Shown here: positions 61,930-64,000 of the stretch, piece after piece | Numbering within the stretch: position 1 is the stretch's first letter | How the letters are laid out: every line of letters starts with the position of its first letter | From: Centroscyllium fabricii | Taxonomy: Eukaryota | Assembly (NCBI GenBank): GCA_051313645.2 | Contig: JBNRSN020000005.1 | Span: 310,806,001-310,870,000 of the forward strand | Direction of reading: 5' to 3' | Length of the DNA stretch: 64,000 nucleotides | Position numbers and translations under genes: made by a program | Notes under the pieces: model-generated | What the model was told of the DNA's origin: nothing | The model's input: the letters and a program-made list of their open reading frames with translations, nothing else | Database searches by the model: none

Positions 61930-62245
61930 GAGGGAGTGCTGCATTGTTGTTCGTATTTCTTTCAGGTGAGAAATTCAACTAAGACCCAGTTGACCTGTGC
62001 AGATGGACATGAAAAATCCCGTGACACTTTGAAAAAGACCTGGGCGTGTTCTCAATCTCCTGGTCATCTTTCCTCCCTCAAAAAGCGCCACCAAAGATAT
62101 ATTAACTGGCCATTCATCCCACTACTGTTTGTGGGGCCCTGTTGTGTTTATGTCACATGCAGCTACATAACAACAGTGACTAATTCATTGTATGTGAAGC
62201 ACTTTGGGACGTCGTAACACGTGATGCCCTGCTAAATAAATGTAA
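61930..62245 (+). mobile_element. Decayed Deu-domain SINE
   Basis: GGGAGTGCTGCATTG...GTGAAGCACTTTGGGACG. Confidence 0.6.
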
Positions 62246-62767
62246 AATAGGAATATTTGTTCAGATGACTTCAATGCATCCACACTGTCATCATGTTTTG
62301 TTTCAGAGATGATATCATGAAATGGTCATTATATATATGTATCTCCAAATGATGCAGAACAATCATTCTTTTGCAGTTTAGAATTGGGGACTTGCTTATG
62401 TTTGGCGCCGTTAAATCTAAATCTGAATCTGAAGCTCAGCATAGAATAATGATTTGACAGTGTGGCAATACATGCTGAAGACATTACTGAGCCAAGCAGC
62501 ATGTGAACAACCTGTCATCTCTTTGAAAGAATGAAAGATGAGAATTGTTATTTTGTTTTGTTAAGTACAAAAGAAAAGGGAAGCTATATTAAATATATCA
62601 TTGGCTTTATATTTTAAAGTTATTACAGTTAACTTTTATGTTTGTTTTTCCTTTTGAGAGATATATAGCCATCCTCTGACAGGTTTATCTTTGAAGGAAA
62701 ATGATTTGTTCTTGAATGTTTGTGCAATAGCAAGAAGGACATCTGCTTCCTGTTACCTGTTCGTTTT

Positions 62768-63158
62768 GCACGGTGGCATAGTGGTTAGCACTGTTGCCTC
62801 ACAGCTCTGGAGACCCGGGTTCAAATCCAGCCTCGGGTACTATCTGTGTGGAGTTTGCACATTCTCCCCGTGTCTGCGTGGGTTTCCTCCGGGTGCTCCG
62901 GTTTCTTCCCACAGTCCAAAGATGTGCGGGTTAGGTTGATTGGCCAGGATAAATTGACCCTTAGTGTTAGGGAGATTGAATATGTGGGGTTACGGGGATA
63001 GGGTGGGATGTGTGTCGGTGTAGGCTCGAGAGGGATATGGGGAGAGGGCAGGGGCAGGGTGCTGGGTTTGGATGATCAGCCATGATCTCGTTGAATGGCG
63101 GAGCAGGCTCGAAGGGCCGAATGGCCTACTCCTGCTCCTATCGTCTATGTTTCTATGT
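62768..63158 (+). mobile_element. V-SINE with CR1 tail
   Basis: Full copy. Confidence 0.9.
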
Positions 63159-64000
63159 TTTCTAAAACATATAAACTATTTTTTAATTGATAATTAGTAT
63201 CTTGCATTTCATAGTTCTTCTGTCCCTTTGAATAAAACATTCAGTTCTGAAGCACCTTTAAATTTAATTTTAATATTGAACTGTGGTAAGAATCTTAAAG
63301 AAGAATTCACCCATCCCACTTCTGTGCAGTTTTCCCTTTGATTAATCACTCCCGACTGAGTGATTCTTCTTTAGTTTGTCCATTCCAAAATTAATATTAC
63401 CAATTGCTATGCACCAGTACACTGGCTGTCTTGCACAATGAATTCTGGTCCCAATGTTCGAGCAGTGATTTGAGATTATTGATGTGCAGTTGTAACAATG
63501 AGCATCAGTATTCATTACATATTGACATCAGTCGTTGGCTCTCTATCCTTGTCAACACTACCTGAACAGCCTATGTGATTCAAATAGATGAGACTCAGAT
63601 TTATCACAGGTCATCATTTAAAACAAAAAGGAAATGTTGTGGCAGAACATTAAATATTCTAACTGATCAGCAAAACCCAGTACACAGTGTAACATTAGGA
63701 CCAAAATATATGGGATACAGGGTACATGTTGATACACAGCACCTGATATTGTGATGTTTCTTTTCCCAAATTATGTTCTATTTTTCTTCTGAAAGAAGCA
63801 ATCCCAGAAATTGCAGTGGAGCCTTCGTGCAGGTGATAATCCGGTTTGCTTTTTTGCACTCAGAAATTCCAGTTAGCCCAGCTTGTCAGAGCTCCATGCG
63901 AGCTTCATGGGCAACTGAAGGGCGTAATTAGTGTGAGATGGCTTTTGAGACCACGTGATTGGCAGGGAGCCAATCAGTGGAAGCAATCCTCCGTTCAAAA

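Overview
A eukaryotic, repeat-saturated intronic/intergenic window. Its repeat content (V-SINEs with CR1 tails, Deu-SINEs, CR1/L2 LINEs) points to a cartilaginous fish, probably a shark. I could not support any host-gene exon. Main contents: one young full-length Gypsy LTR element with a single intact gag-pol ORF (42349-47947) plus two relatives and several solo LTRs; a CsRn1-clade Gypsy nested in a Tigger/pogo deletion derivative (11026-17175); a decayed autonomous PIF/Harbinger; Harbinger, Tigger and hAT MITEs; CR1, L2 and Rex1/Babar-like LINE fragments; three SINE families; and palindromic Penelope-derived insertions. Three signals stand out. (1) Three different Gypsy elements have no tRNA primer-binding site; the 13-15 nt after the 5' LTR is instead the covarying reverse complement of the LTR's own poly(A) signal, suggesting self-priming and/or poly(A) masking, and the intact member has a YLDN RT active site. 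(2) A CR1 3' UTR module folds into a three-way junction with two U-rich internal loops, like a double ENE. (3) Two families of palindromic insertions carry minimal hammerhead-ribozyme cores on both strands. Coordinates were counted by eye; those of decayed repeats are approximate.
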